A program made the translations under genes and the position numbers. Under the pieces are notes generated by a model. That model was not told the DNA's origin and searched no databases. It saw only the letters and a list, made by a program, of their open reading frames with translations. Of a stretch of DNA of 64,000 nt, positions 1 to 12,563 are shown piece by piece (position 1 is the first letter of the stretch; each line of letters begins with the position of its first letter). Source of the stretch: Psilocybe cubensis (lineage: Eukaryota); the NCBI GenBank assembly GCA_017499595.2, contig CM039005.1, positions 2,976,001 through 3,040,000 of the forward strand. The letters are read 5' to 3'.

Positions 1-35
1 CTATCTGAATCAGTTCAGCTTTACATCCAACAGCC

Positions 36-740
36 ATGAAATTCTCTTTGTCCATTGCCGTATGTCTGGCTGCTATGGCTTCAGCGGCCAGCGTTGGGAC
101 CACTACCGCATCAACCATGAAGGCTATTATGGGAGACTTCTCCAAGCTTGGGCAACAGTTCGCAAAAATCGCCAACGATGTTAATGCCTTCCCTCAAACA
201 GGAATGGCGGGTGTTCAGGTAAGGCAAACAAAATATTGGCAAATAATTACTGAAACCTTGCGTGTAGGATATACACAACGATGCGGCTGTCATTCACGAC
301 CTCTTCTCGAGCGTGAATGACAATCTAGATGTAAGTACAAAGACGTGTACAATGTCCCCGGATGACCTGATTGGCGTTGTTTAGGCTCTTCCAAGACCAG
401 TATCGGATGAGCATGTCCTCAAAGTCTTTTCTACGTTTAACAGCTTCACCCCCGACATCATGGACTATCTCAACGGGATCACGGAAAAATCTGCTGACTT
501 TAAAGCTCTTGGCACGGCTTCCTCAACGATCTCTATCGACTTACAGGCCTCTGTGAAATCGTGCGCACAATTCGGACAAACAATAATGACAATGATTCCT
601 GTGAGTGCCTTTTAATATTGAATATACTGCGTGATGATGACGCCATGACGATATGCAAGCCCGCTATGAGCGACACAGCGAGCGCTACGTTCAACGAAGT
701 CGATGTTGCCAGGCAAAATGCCATTGCTTCTCTTGCTTAG
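36..740 (+). CDS. Secreted helical HsbA-like (hydrophobic surface binding) protein, family 1 copy 1; 4 exons
   Basis: Spliced product MKFSLSIAVCLAAMASAAS...GMAGVQ|DIHNDAAV...NLD|ALPRPVSDEHV...MIP|PAMSDTAS...NAIASLA*. Signal peptide and GT-AG introns. Paralogous to 5787 and 55413. HsbA label is inferred from size and amphipathic pattern. Confidence 0.75.
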
Positions 741-2390
741 GATTGTGCCCTACAACCGCAGCGTGTTACATACAACACCATGGGCCATTTCATGTAGTCA
801 ACGATAACAAAGAAACATATATGTCTAACTTCATAAACAATACATTTGAGCTTGTTGCGTATAGAATCTAATTGCCACCGTTGCGAGAATTAGGTCAGTT
901 CAGCGATTTAATGCACGTATCCAACTATATACATAAATTTACATGCTGAAGTCACAAAATATACTTTTAGGATATGGTCATCAAAACGGTACTATTCACC
1001 TATTCTGCGTCCATTTCTTAAACAAATGTCGTGGGAAAATGAGTGTCTATGTGATAAAAGCACAAAAATCAGGCTAAAAGTTCAAATGTATCCTTTCGGG
1101 AAACACTCAGATGCGTTGGATTGTATTTTAGCCTAGTATCCAGCTGAGAGAACATCAGGGAAAATTCAAGTAGTTGTTTTTCGGGAGCTATGTTATTCCA
1201 AGATACTACCCATAGAACATCCGTATCAAAACACATCGTATAGCCCATCTGCCCGGCAGCGCTAAGATTAGGTTGCCAGTCTATGGTTCGATAGAGGCCA
1301 TACAATGCAGGACATATGAAAGAATTTACGTGTTTTATTTTCTTCAGCATCCTAGCACCAACCCCGCAGCATGACCCTCTTGTTTCATGACATCCACCCC
1401 GTGAGTCCGCTATCTGTCTGTATTGGCCTGTATTGGCTGCGACGTTCTGAGTGATTTGCACTGTAAATGCGAGGCGGGTTTGATTGAGAAGCGGCCTGTG
1501 TGTACGTAGCGGGGTGAAGGTGAGTCTTGTGCGCCTTATGCATATGTTTATGCCGAATCTGCCAACACTTTTCTGACACTTGGTCGCAGTCATCGTGATT
1601 CGACAGGTCCGATAGAAGGATAGGGCGATTTGGTGGAAGAATTGCGAGGGTTAGCATTTTTGCCGTTCATTCCTGTAGCTTGCACCCGTACAGCGTCGAC
1701 AGCGTCGAGCACACTAGGAGATCATGAGTATCAGCACATTCCCTACAATGTGCAGACACTGACGCACTATTTTAACCAGCGTGTTTCTGTCTCTTGGTCC
1801 CTCTTCCCCTCCGTTCGATGATGGTAATAATATTCTGGGTGAATTTTCAATATGCTACGTGGATTACTTCGCGTCTGACACGTCTTGGGTTCCCTCTATG
1901 TGTGCTGTTCCTTGGTTGGATGTGCGTACGTCCAATCTGCGCGACAACTCTTGAGAATACATTCACTTATAGGGAGTCTTTAACTTGATCCATCAGACAT
2001 GGCTAAGCGTCGAATAGGGTATATTTAGTGGGAGGTGAGAAAGGGCACGGTGATACCCCAAACCTGAGACCCCTTGCCATCATGGACACAGCGATGCCAT
2101 CACATAGATAACATAGTAGTAATTTTGTTATGAAGTACCGCGTTTAGCGCTATCGAATTACTGCATAACTTCGAAGACTAAATTTTATAATCTAAAACCT
2201 GCGCATGATTTTATGGGAAATTTTATTTTTTAAACCTGTTAGCCTCACTGTGTCTTCAATCAAACTAACAGATGTGAGAACCACGTGTATATTGATGCCA
2301 TCACGGAGATAAGATAGATATTTATTTGTACCGATAAGATAATTAATCTACACCTTCCCCATCGATTAGTCAATCCTGCCTTCCATTTTC

Positions 2391-3359
2391 TCATTGAATT
2401 GTAGAAGGGTCATCTAGGTGCGTCAATGAGTTCCTTTTCTACTTCAAGACGTCCCACTTACATTCTTTCATATCATATCTTCCACCCGGTATCACCACCC
2501 TGCCAAAGGAATCGATGCGTCCTTTGCGTGGCGGCGGGGGTGCGGCTGCGGCCTTTCTGGCAGGACGCCTGTGAAAAGCACAAAGTAACAGGGCATCAAC
2601 ACAGCACATGAGCAATCCACTGAGATAAACAGGCCTACCTTTTCTTTTGGATCCCACCATCGCTCCGTGCATGCGTTTCGGGTGTGTCCAAACCCCTTTC
2701 ACCGCTCGTGCCTTGTCTTTGCGTATGCTTACGCTTCGCCTTGGAGGCTCTAGTGCTGCAAAAACCTTTGTCAGTTTCTTGATACGAAAGGCAGAAAAGC
2801 ATACATTACCTTCGAGCTGTAGTTGGGCTGGAATGTTCTACATTCCGCTCAACGGGACTTGTCCCGGAGCGTCCAGTATTTTGGCTGGCTCCTTGCCCGA
2901 ATTTGTTTATGTTATTTTGTCTTTCCGTTTGGACGGCAGAAGGTTGCGGCTGGCCAGGTAACACATCGCTAAGTGTGTTATGGTCTGCATGTTCGCTTGA
3001 TCCCTCGGAGGTCGCAGGGAAAAGTGGAGCTCCAGTGACGTTCCACGTCTCTGCACCGGAGTCTGTGTCTGCCCTGTTTTGTGTGTACCCGTCCAGGGAG
3101 AACATATCCGACGGCCAGTCTGTGGGTATGCGAGGAAGATAATAATGCAGGGTATCTGGCCCAAAGGGCAACTCTGAATACGGCGGTATGAGAAGATAAT
3201 CGCGACTGTCTTCCACCGAATCTGTGGTTTTGAATATCAGATTTTGCGATTGAGGAGGGGAAGGCTACGACCATACGTACCCTCAAAATCCAGTGGTGGG
3301 AGCCAAAGCGTTGTATGGAGGGGAGTGCTTGGCGATGATGTCGCGCTCGAGTGATCCAT
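2391..3359 (-). CDS. Hypothetical low-complexity protein with a basic C-terminal part; about 5 exons
   Basis: ATG at 3359 (MDHSSATSS). Exons join through canonical splice sites (...FE|DSVEDSR...ARS|TRASKAKRK...KKR|RPARKAAAAPPPPRK...KE|YDPSTIQ*). No recognisable domain. Confidence 0.45.
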
Positions 3360-5786
3360 GGATATGTTGCAGGAGGTCAAAAACAGGGAAAATATAAGTC
3401 TTGGGTATGGAAATTCCATTAGATTGGACATTTATAAAGGTAAACAATGTATTAACATGCGTATACTTCGTGTCAACCGCTCACAGTACAGCAATTGAAA
3501 CGATTCGGGAGTATTTTATCTGTCTGCACAGCTCGGACTTACCTCGATCGCTCTGCGAACATGAAGTTCACAGAGAAGCCACTGACCTCAAGGCAGGCCG
3601 GAATGCACGTCCCAGCTGACCTCCATCCTCGTGTATTGAAACTGCGCAGTCCATGTTGTGTATTCAGTCCCGCGGAGTGGCATTTGGGTATTGTAATTCC
3701 TACTCACTAGGGAATAGGGTAATGTTAATATTCACATTGAATTGAACGACTCATTTCGTCGTGTATTCTCGCCGTTGTCCCGAGATAAGAAGGAAGTGTT
3801 CGCGATTTATTTTAAGCAACGTCATTCCAGCCGGTATCGGCTTACTTGAATATTGAACTCCGATGACGAAATTCCTTGCCGACATCATGCCGATTTCCCC
3901 TCGTATAGAAATTGTTGCCGATTAAACTAATGATGTGTTGTGTAGGATGTATAGCACTAACAATTCCTCATAAAATGTTTCCTACTTTGTGTTCTGCTGT
4001 GCAGGCATTTTAAATGGCGAAGTCTGAGCTTCAAGTCGTTAATGAGTCATCGCTAATCAAAATGTTCTCACGGTCTGCATCTTCGTTCATCTCCTCACTC
4101 ATTACTTGAAACGAAGCTTTAGGTTTCATGCATCATAGCCTGGTGCTCGATTTATTGGAATGAATTACACCTCTCTAATTGAAATGCCTACTGAACCGTG
4201 TTCACGACGTCTTGGGTAATCTTTCCCCTGAACGCCGCCAGATCACTATCCTTGACGCCCCCCGACGACTCGTGAGGAGGAAACGACGGTTTTGGGCCGA
4301 CACCGGCGCGTTATCATTTCCAGTTGGAAAGCCATTGGTTGAAGCCGACGTATCACGGGGCATTCCAGTTCCCACTTACCATGTCTCAAAGAGTAGGTGG
4401 TTCATTTCTATCAAGGTAGATAGCAACCTTTCTGTCATGCAGACTCTCGGAAAGGATATCTTTATGAGAGGAACGTGCAGGAGTACACCTTTTGGAATTA
4501 TATTTAACTTCGAGAGATAGTCTCTAGTCGTTCATGGTATGCAAGGTTATACCAAAACTACCGCCGTTGGGATGGGGTGAATGTAGCCATCATACAACAA
4601 TGCAGAGCGGCGCTTCAGTGTATTCGACTCGCAAATTGAGCTCTGAATCTGATCAGTAAAGACGATAGTAGATACCAAAGCAGAAACAAACTCGTGAAGA
4701 CTGGAGTATGGCGTTGAGGATACAATGTCTATCAATGAACCATGTAGTCCGCTATCGCACACTCCTGGTCTACTGGGGAATATCAGAGTTTTGACCTCTG
4801 ACCTAGCCAAGCCTCTATAATTTTGTGACCGTTTTTCGGTGGTACCGGGTAGTGAGAGATAGTTATATTAATACTTGGGCTTCGAAGAACAAATGTGTTC
4901 TATTCCTGTTAAACAAGGAAGTAGCCTGATCACAGAGATTTAATTTATAGCCACACAAACGAACCTTGATTCACGGAAGTTATAGGAGGACTTCTAATCC
5001 AAGTCAATGTACATAGAAGTAGGCTTACATAGACGCCTACATAGCGGGAACTTTAGACAGCTTTCAACGCTCTTCAGACTTTTTGAACCAACTGCATATC
5101 AATCGCCAAAATTTTCGGATCGTGAGGTAGCCGGAGTCTCCTATGCAGCTCCGTTCCTTCATTGAGCCGTGGTTTCATAGGTCACAAAATTGGACTCAAA
5201 TTCAGTTTAGATATACCTCACAAGCTGGGTAGACTCCTGGATGGGTGTCATGTGTATCTGAACCCAGAAAAACACTCGACATGGGTAAAGAACATGTCGG
5301 CCTCAAGATAAGTATGTACATTACTTGGAAAGAGTAAACCAAAAGTAGGAGCTTCACGCCCTTATTTCTGCCTTAAATGCGCTCGGACATAACCTTATAT
5401 CGATTTGATTCCCCACCTTTGTCAACACCACATGGTTAACATGAAAGTGCCGGTGGGAACAATCTTTAGATTGACCGTTACATTACTCTATCTCTCCCTA
5501 TATGGCCAGTTTGTGCGGTGAAGGTGCGTATCCTTCAGCCCAGATTCGTGAATTTCATTCTCCAATATGAAGTACTAATTTTCTTCCATTATCAATCTTC
5601 CGTTTGCTGTGGATAACTTGGGAACATCGTGATTCTATCGAAAAATTCAGTGTGAATATGGAAGACACATGATCCACACTTCTTTAGACTCAAAGGTATT
5701 AAAGGAAAGCGACGCTGGATACTACGGTAGGCCGTCTATTGGTTATCACATCCATCTGAATCAGTTCAGCTTTACATCCAAGAGCC

Positions 5787-6489
5787 ATGAAATTCTCTCT
5801 GTCTATTTCCGTATGTTTGGCTGCTGTTGCTTCAGCTGCCAGCATTGGGAGCACTACGGAATCAACAATGAGGGCTATTATGGCAGACTTTTCCAAACTT
5901 GGACAACAGTTCGTAAAAATTGCCAACGATGTTAATGCTTTCCCCCAAACCGGAATGGCAGGTGTTGAAGTAAGTCAAGAAGCTTTTAAAAGATCATTAT
6001 TGAGACCTTGCGTATAGGATATACATAACGATGCAGCGGGCATTCACGAGTTCTTTTTGAGTATCAACGACAATTTAGATGTAAGTATAGTATATATACA
6101 ATCTTCCCAGATAAGCTGATCGTCATCAATTAGTCTCTGCCGAGGCCAGTATCAAACGAAAATGTCATCAAAGTCTTTTCCACATACAAAAGCTTCACTC
6201 CGAACATTTTCTCCTATCTCAATGGCATCACGGATAAAGCCGCTGACTTTAAAGCCCTTGGCTCGGCATCCACTACGATATCGTTGGATTTACTGGGTTC
6301 TATTGCCCCGTGTGTCCATTTCGGAGGCACAGTGATGGCAATGCTTCCAGTAAGTGTCGCTGAATTTTGATTATGTTATGTGTTACTAAGGACTCGATAT
6401 TCCGGCAGCCTGCTATGAATGACACGGCGAGCACTATGTTCAACGATATTGATAATGCGAAACAGAACGCCATCAATGCTCTTGCTTGA
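5787..6489 (+). CDS. Secreted HsbA-like protein, family 1 copy 2; 4 exons
   Basis: MKFSLSISVCLAAVASAASIG...NAINALA*. Same intron positions as, and high similarity to, 36..740. Confidence 0.75.
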
Positions 6490-6803
6490 GATAAAGTCAA
6501 GTACATATCATGTTGCATACAAGGCTATGAGCCATTTTTGGAGCCAATGATGACGAACCACATATTTGTTCATGTACCTCTTGAAGACAAGCATCAGAAC
6601 GATACTAGCTGGCCCAATTTGAGATAACAACTAGGAAGGATCTAACGAAGTTTCAAGCAGTGAGGCGAGCCTGTTAATCAATCTGCCCAAGTACGCAATC
6701 GCAATCAGTCTTTCATCCGTCTGAATTAAAAAAATTAGAGGGTAATGTGTCTGATGCCGACAACATACAACATACAATGTTACAAAGATCCTCTGTCGAA
6801 GCA

Positions 6804-8019
6804 CTAGTTTTTGGCAGCTCCCGCCTTGCCGATTGACCCAAGTATTCCCATGAATCGCTCACACTCCTTTGCAAACACCTCCGTCGCATACTCTACTGCA
6901 TCGGGAAACGATTTTGTGAGGAGACCTTCACCAAGAGCTTTCGCGTAGAGGGTTCTCCCTTCGAGGTTTATGTTCACCTATCCTGAAATTAGCAATATTT
7001 TAATAATTATATTTGGAACACGGACAAACCTTGCTGACTCCGTTCTTGATGCACTCCTTAAATAGAGCCTCTTGAAGGCCTCCTGTACCATGAAGACAGA
7101 TTGGAACTTCGCTATTGAATTCCGCACGAATTTTCTGCAGACTAAAATGATTTTAATGTAGTCCAATGCGATGAGTAGTAAAAGGCAATTACATGTCTTG
7201 GCGGAAGGTAGGTGGTTCCTTGTAGACCCCATGCAAGTTCCCAATGCTCGGAGAAATGATATCAGCTCCGGTTCTATGATTGTGTGTGTTGCGTTTAATA
7301 TAGGGGTACCGGATCCAACGTAAATTTTGTAGAAAAACTCACTGGTCCATAAATGTTTTGACTTTGTGAGGATCCGCCAGTCGACCGCTTGCAATCTCCC
7401 GTAGACCTTGCTCCCTTCCCTCTACGCGGCCAAGTTCAACTTCGACAGCGACCCCGAGTTGATGGAACCGATCGACGTACGGTTTGGTCAAAGAAATATT
7501 CTCTTCATCAGTCTAGGTGAAATCACAATTGTCATTAGATCTGAGAACCATGACAAAGAAAAAGGACGTACATCAGCACGACTCCCATCTATCATGATGC
7601 TGTCTAACGGGAACCCCTTTTCTGCAAGGTCAAGTGCGAGCTGGACCTGCTCCGGATCGGTAGCGTGATCTAAATGAACAGAGATAGGCACGGTCGCATT
7701 ATGTGCGCTACCAATGAAGATGGGTGAGGCTCTGTACGCGCGCATTAGCTGTTGAACTTACAGGTCGAGACAGAGTCGCAGAAAAGGGCCTTTGCCATAC
7801 ATGAACGGAGGCGGAAAGAACTGTAGAATAGCTGGACTTCGAGTACGTTCGGCTGCACGAACGAGCCCAAAGGCCATCTGCGCATCGTAGCTAACCAAAG
7901 ATGAAGGATAACAGTAGATTTTTGAGACAATTTACCCACCATGCGTGAGCTAACACTCCATACCCCTCCCTCTGTGCTCTCGCAAGGATCTCAAGAGTGC
8001 GATTTCCGGCCAAGGACAT
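6804..8019 (-). CDS. Class II ketose-bisphosphate (fructose/tagatose-bisphosphate) aldolase-like protein
   Basis: Spliced motifs VPISVHLDH, DSIMIDGS, VAVEVELGRVEG, PSIGNLHG, PICLHG and GVSK|VNIN match class II Zn-aldolase motifs. Confidence 0.85.
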
Positions 8020-8293
8020 TTTAAACTGATAATTTACAGTCCTCTTGGAGTAGAGGTTTCCTGGAAGCGAAGAATCAAGTCATCAAGTCAAGATGGAGCA
8101 GTCGAGGATCGCCATGAAGTCTTAGACCAAAGGTGGTGCAACATCCGCGTCGGTGTGGCTGTGCGCCTTGCAGTAATTCTCACGGTCCGTCAACTTGAAC
8201 TTGGCATTTGAACTGACTCGGTTTTCGGATATATACACATAACGTAGAATAAGTTTAGAAAAAAAGAAAACGTAAAGAACTTCCGTCAACCTC

Positions 8294-11028
8294 TTATTGA
8301 AGAGCAGCCGGAAGAGCGTTATATATTGGGCATAGGTCAAGCCATTCTTGTTTGATAATCTGGGCGTCTGGTCCGGAGACTTGCGCTGATGGCGCTTCGG
8401 CGAACACGACGGCTAGGCCTGCTTCGAGGTGCCAATCTAAATTGCAAGTCAATTCTATTCTTCTCGCATGCTAGTCACCGTTCATAACTCACCGATATCT
8501 GCGTTTACGAACACAAGTGGATGTAAATTAAATAATTTGCGGTCTATTGGAATCCCAGGAAAAATACATACGGCAGTGCAGGAACCTTGGCAAGCGTAAG
8601 TGGCACTGAGCTGATGAAAGTAGCATTGGTAGACTTACCAAGGTCCCGGGTTATCAGCTTTAAATCGAATAATTACAGTAGATCCTGAGTAATTTATTGA
8701 ATACGTCAGGTCAGTGAGGAAGCCTATCTTTCTCACCTTTCACCCCCACGACATCTCTCCTTGGAGGGTTGATATAATTTGGAGGGCCACTCTGTCCCTG
8801 TATAATATCAAAGACATGACCATGCAAGCTATATGCATATGACGTTCAGTATCACAAAACGTGAGGAGGGGAGCTGATTGGGTCTCACTGGAAAGGGCTG
8901 TTACAAAGGATTGTCTGGTGAGATTCGTCGATTGATTAAATCATGACTTACTGAACATGACCTGAGGGAGATAATGGTGAATGAGTACAAGTGTCTTTAA
9001 CCCTCGACAAGAGACGACCCACTTACCATTTGCAGATCCGTGTATCACCAGATCAACTATATCGTTTTTATTGATGACATATGTGTGTTCTGATGTTGCG
9101 AAATCATTCTCGCTGGTAAAGCCATTGGCGATAATGTTCAGGAGGGTCGGAACGGTCGGAGGGTGATATTTGATCCCATTTACCGTCCACTGTGTAACCA
9201 TTTTTTGTAAGCATGAATGAAAAATTGCAAAACAAATCGAAACACCTGAAGCTCGCCGTTGACCGTAGAGCGAGTGAACGACAGATCAATTGTCCGGGAA
9301 GCTGGACTGTTCCCGCCTGGTGCGCCAGGATTCTCCAAGGGGACCAGCTCGTGCTCCTTCAGGAGGTTATCAACGCTTCCTTTAGCTTTGGTCGTAGGTT
9401 CGGAGGCAGAAGCTCCCTCGTAGTGCAAAACCGCATAGACATTCTCAGGGTCAACTTTGATTATGATAAAATTATGAAATTTGTTAGTTCAAACTGAAAC
9501 GTAGTACGAACTTATGACTCACGGTTATCATTATCGCTATCATGCTGAAGCTCCATTGGGGCCCTAATCCAATAATTTTTAACAGGCTTATTAGCGTTTA
9601 GAATCACGGAATAACGTTGGCCGGCGTGAATATCAAATCCGTCGACCGTGCGGGGAACATGATTGATGCCGTCTACCTGAAATGAAATGTGAATCGCAAT
9701 CTGTGTTGTCTTATATTCTGTATAATACCTCAATGATTGTTAAAGGGTGGCTTTCGATAGAGAACGTGTAGTAAGCATAAACGGATGAGTTTATGACACG
9801 GAATCGGTAGCGTTTTCCTGAAATGACATTGATCCGAGGGCGTACGACTGATGGACCTCCTTCATATCTCCCAACGCCGTTAATCGTTCCACAATCAGGA
9901 ATCTGGTTAGTGCGTTATTGACGCTCCGTATCGATTGAGATATTTACCACATACCGGCTCATGATTTCCGTGGAGGTAAGTATCCGTCATTCCTGGAGCA
10001 AACTGGGAAGATATGTGACAATAATCTCAGAGCTCTCGACATAAAATGTACCTTGTGATACCAGTCGGAAAGTTGAATTACGGTGCTCGCGTCATCCACA
10101 TCATAGAGGCTTAGATGTGGATCAACAGGGTCTATCCTTCATGTTGGGAGAAGCATTTTATACACGATGTGTAAAGCTTACCGTAGACTACCAGGGCACT
10201 GGAGAGATGTCAAAACCTCATGCCACAGTAATAAAAAAAATAGATATACTGACCCACGTAGACCATCCACATATTGCGATGACAAATGGCTGGATATTCG
10301 GAATTTAATTACATAGTTCTCACAGTTCACGGGTGATCAAAATATAAAGAATAGACGTGCCTGTGATACCTGGAAGAGTCACAAATAATATATTGTCAGT
10401 GAAATAGATCAGTAAGCGTCAGCAACACTTACCAATGAGTGCCTGCCTGTCCATTTAGCGGTACTGCGCGTATGGATATTTTCATCAAAATACTCAGAGA
10501 CGGCTTATACTGGACCTACTATCATAGGTATAAGAGTGACCAGGCGCTATCGGACACTGGTTCACCATTGCCGCTACAATGATATTATTATAAGAGTTTA
10601 TCAGGTAGAAGCTTTTTCACTTACGGCCATCTTCCGAACCTGTTCTACGTTGAAACTAAAGACACGCGAAACACTCGTTGTTAATGAAGACATCAAACTA
10701 TATATCACATTATGCTTACCAATCCATGCCAATGAATCGAAGTGCTTCGCCTGTATGAGAGAAGTGAGCTTCAAGATTGTATTTGGAACTATGTTTAGAC
10801 GTACCTCATAGATGGATTCGTAAGTTGATTATTGACAGTGATATGCAAAGTGTCATCCTTTTGAGCTTGAATCAAAGTACCAGGAAACACCCCGTTTACA
10901 AGTACAGCTGGCCGTGAAAACCCATCAGGTGCAATATTTGCGTTGACAATGTTGAAAATGACATTGACATTCGCACTCATTGACCTGGTTGCCAATAAGA
11001 CGCAGAGTGCTACCGACTTAAGATTCAT
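8294..11028 (-). CDS. Laccase (AA1 multicopper oxidase), many exons
   Basis: Signal peptide. All four Cu-binding motifs reassemble across introns: SIHWHG, WYHSH, HPFHLHGH and [13 protein letters not shown]-terminus is ...[14 protein letters not shown]. Confidence 0.92.
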
Positions 11029-12563
11029 GCTGGGAGTGCACTCAGATGTGAAGAAAGAAGTGGGAGACGGTACAGTATTTTCGGTTCCGCTTGATCTTTT
11101 TATACCTATTGTCCTTGAAACCGACTTCTACATATGAATCGGAATGAATAAACCAGGTACTATATAAACGAGGGGTTGAGCCACAAACGTGCATTTAAAA
11201 ACATACTCCTGAACAGAATCAGTCAATCGCGTATCGACAACTTCGTGAAGTATGTGAATAAAAGCTACGTTTTGGGGTGGTGCGGTTTGGCTTCGCTCAC
11301 CGAAGAACCAAAACGGATACAAGGTGACATTCTAATAGCTTCCTCTATGCTTTCCAAGTGAAGAATGATCTTCTATAATGGCGCGAAGTGAAGCCAAGGA
11401 TTTGAGAAGCATGGTCAGGAAACCATTAATTTGTAGACGATCCCAGGTTCGCCTCATTCTGCCGATAGTGGTGGAGTAGATCCTACCGCCCTGACACCCT
11501 TTTCTGTACAATGCTGAATAGTGCGGTACCTTATATCTACTAATGTCGCCTTTTACGATCTAGTTTTGAGCAATAATCGTAGAGGTTAACGAGAAAGATC
11601 TTGCACGGCTATTTATAGACTACGGATGCAACATTTAACGGCACATGTATATTACACCACCACGCCAATACAGCCTATCCACCTCGAGAGATATTCCATA
11701 AAACTAGACTTTGGAGCCGTCAGGAAGCTGACTGTTTTTTATGTTAGATGACACATTATGCTCGGCCATGGGAACGGGTCGATGTTAACCCCGGAAAATG
11801 ACCCCAGCCAGTGGATGGAATTGATGGAACTGGATCCTTATCCACTGTTAGTCCAATGAGCCTAGAAAATGTAAGGTTGAGCGACCTCCATTCCAGTATC
11901 TCGGTAGCTTTGTACCGCTTCTGTGGGAAACCCGACGTTGTACGCTGTCTTGGGATACGGTGGTGCCTGGTGATTAATTAGCAGAAGCAATTGAAAAGAA
12001 CTTCGCAATCACATTATTCTGTAAGATATGTGGACAACCGGCCATGGGATCAGATTCACAGTACCATAAGCTTGTTACTTTATCGCTAACCGCGGTACCA
12101 TATGGTGAATTACTTTCGCGGAAAGACTTTGAGCGTATTTATAATGTATATCCAGACGAGTGGAAGCCAATCTCGCATAAGTGTAGACAATTTAACCCAA
12201 TGCAGTGGATCAATGTACATTACTCGTTGTCTAGAGCCTCGGAATTAGCTAGAAGTTATGATCCAGTGTAGTGTAAAGGTACTGTGCGGGGCCCGGCGAG
12301 TCGATGCTCGATGGAACCGGATCGTTCGCCATATAATCGATCGCAATGTCCCCTTGTGTTGGATATGTATAGTCAGTTAAGGAGAGGTGGTTAGAATGAA
12401 GTAAGTATTTGGTAACAATTTCTAGAACACCGCATATTATCTATTCTAACAGTAGGACAGATCCAACAAAGATTCAAATAATTGTTCAAACTAGCTCGAG
12501 GAGAGACACCTTCACTCATACAACGTGCCAAAACGTCGCAACTGAATGGCCAATTTCAAAGTC

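Noticed and set aside
1069-2100. Minus-strand exon-like fragments and the 174 aa ORF
   Set aside because: Could not build a stop-free spliced model or see a domain. May be a decayed gene.
4179-4810. ORFs of 113 aa (+) and 87 aa (-)
   Set aside because: No motif, non-ATG starts and no coherent splice model.
11755-12370. Minus-strand exon-like pieces (..QKR|LIGLTVDKDPVPSIPSTGWG.. and ..MANDPVPSSIDSPG..) considered as another peptide precursor between laccase and OPT
   Set aside because: No start codon or signal peptide and no consistent frame could be linked. The DPVPS echo is too short to trust.
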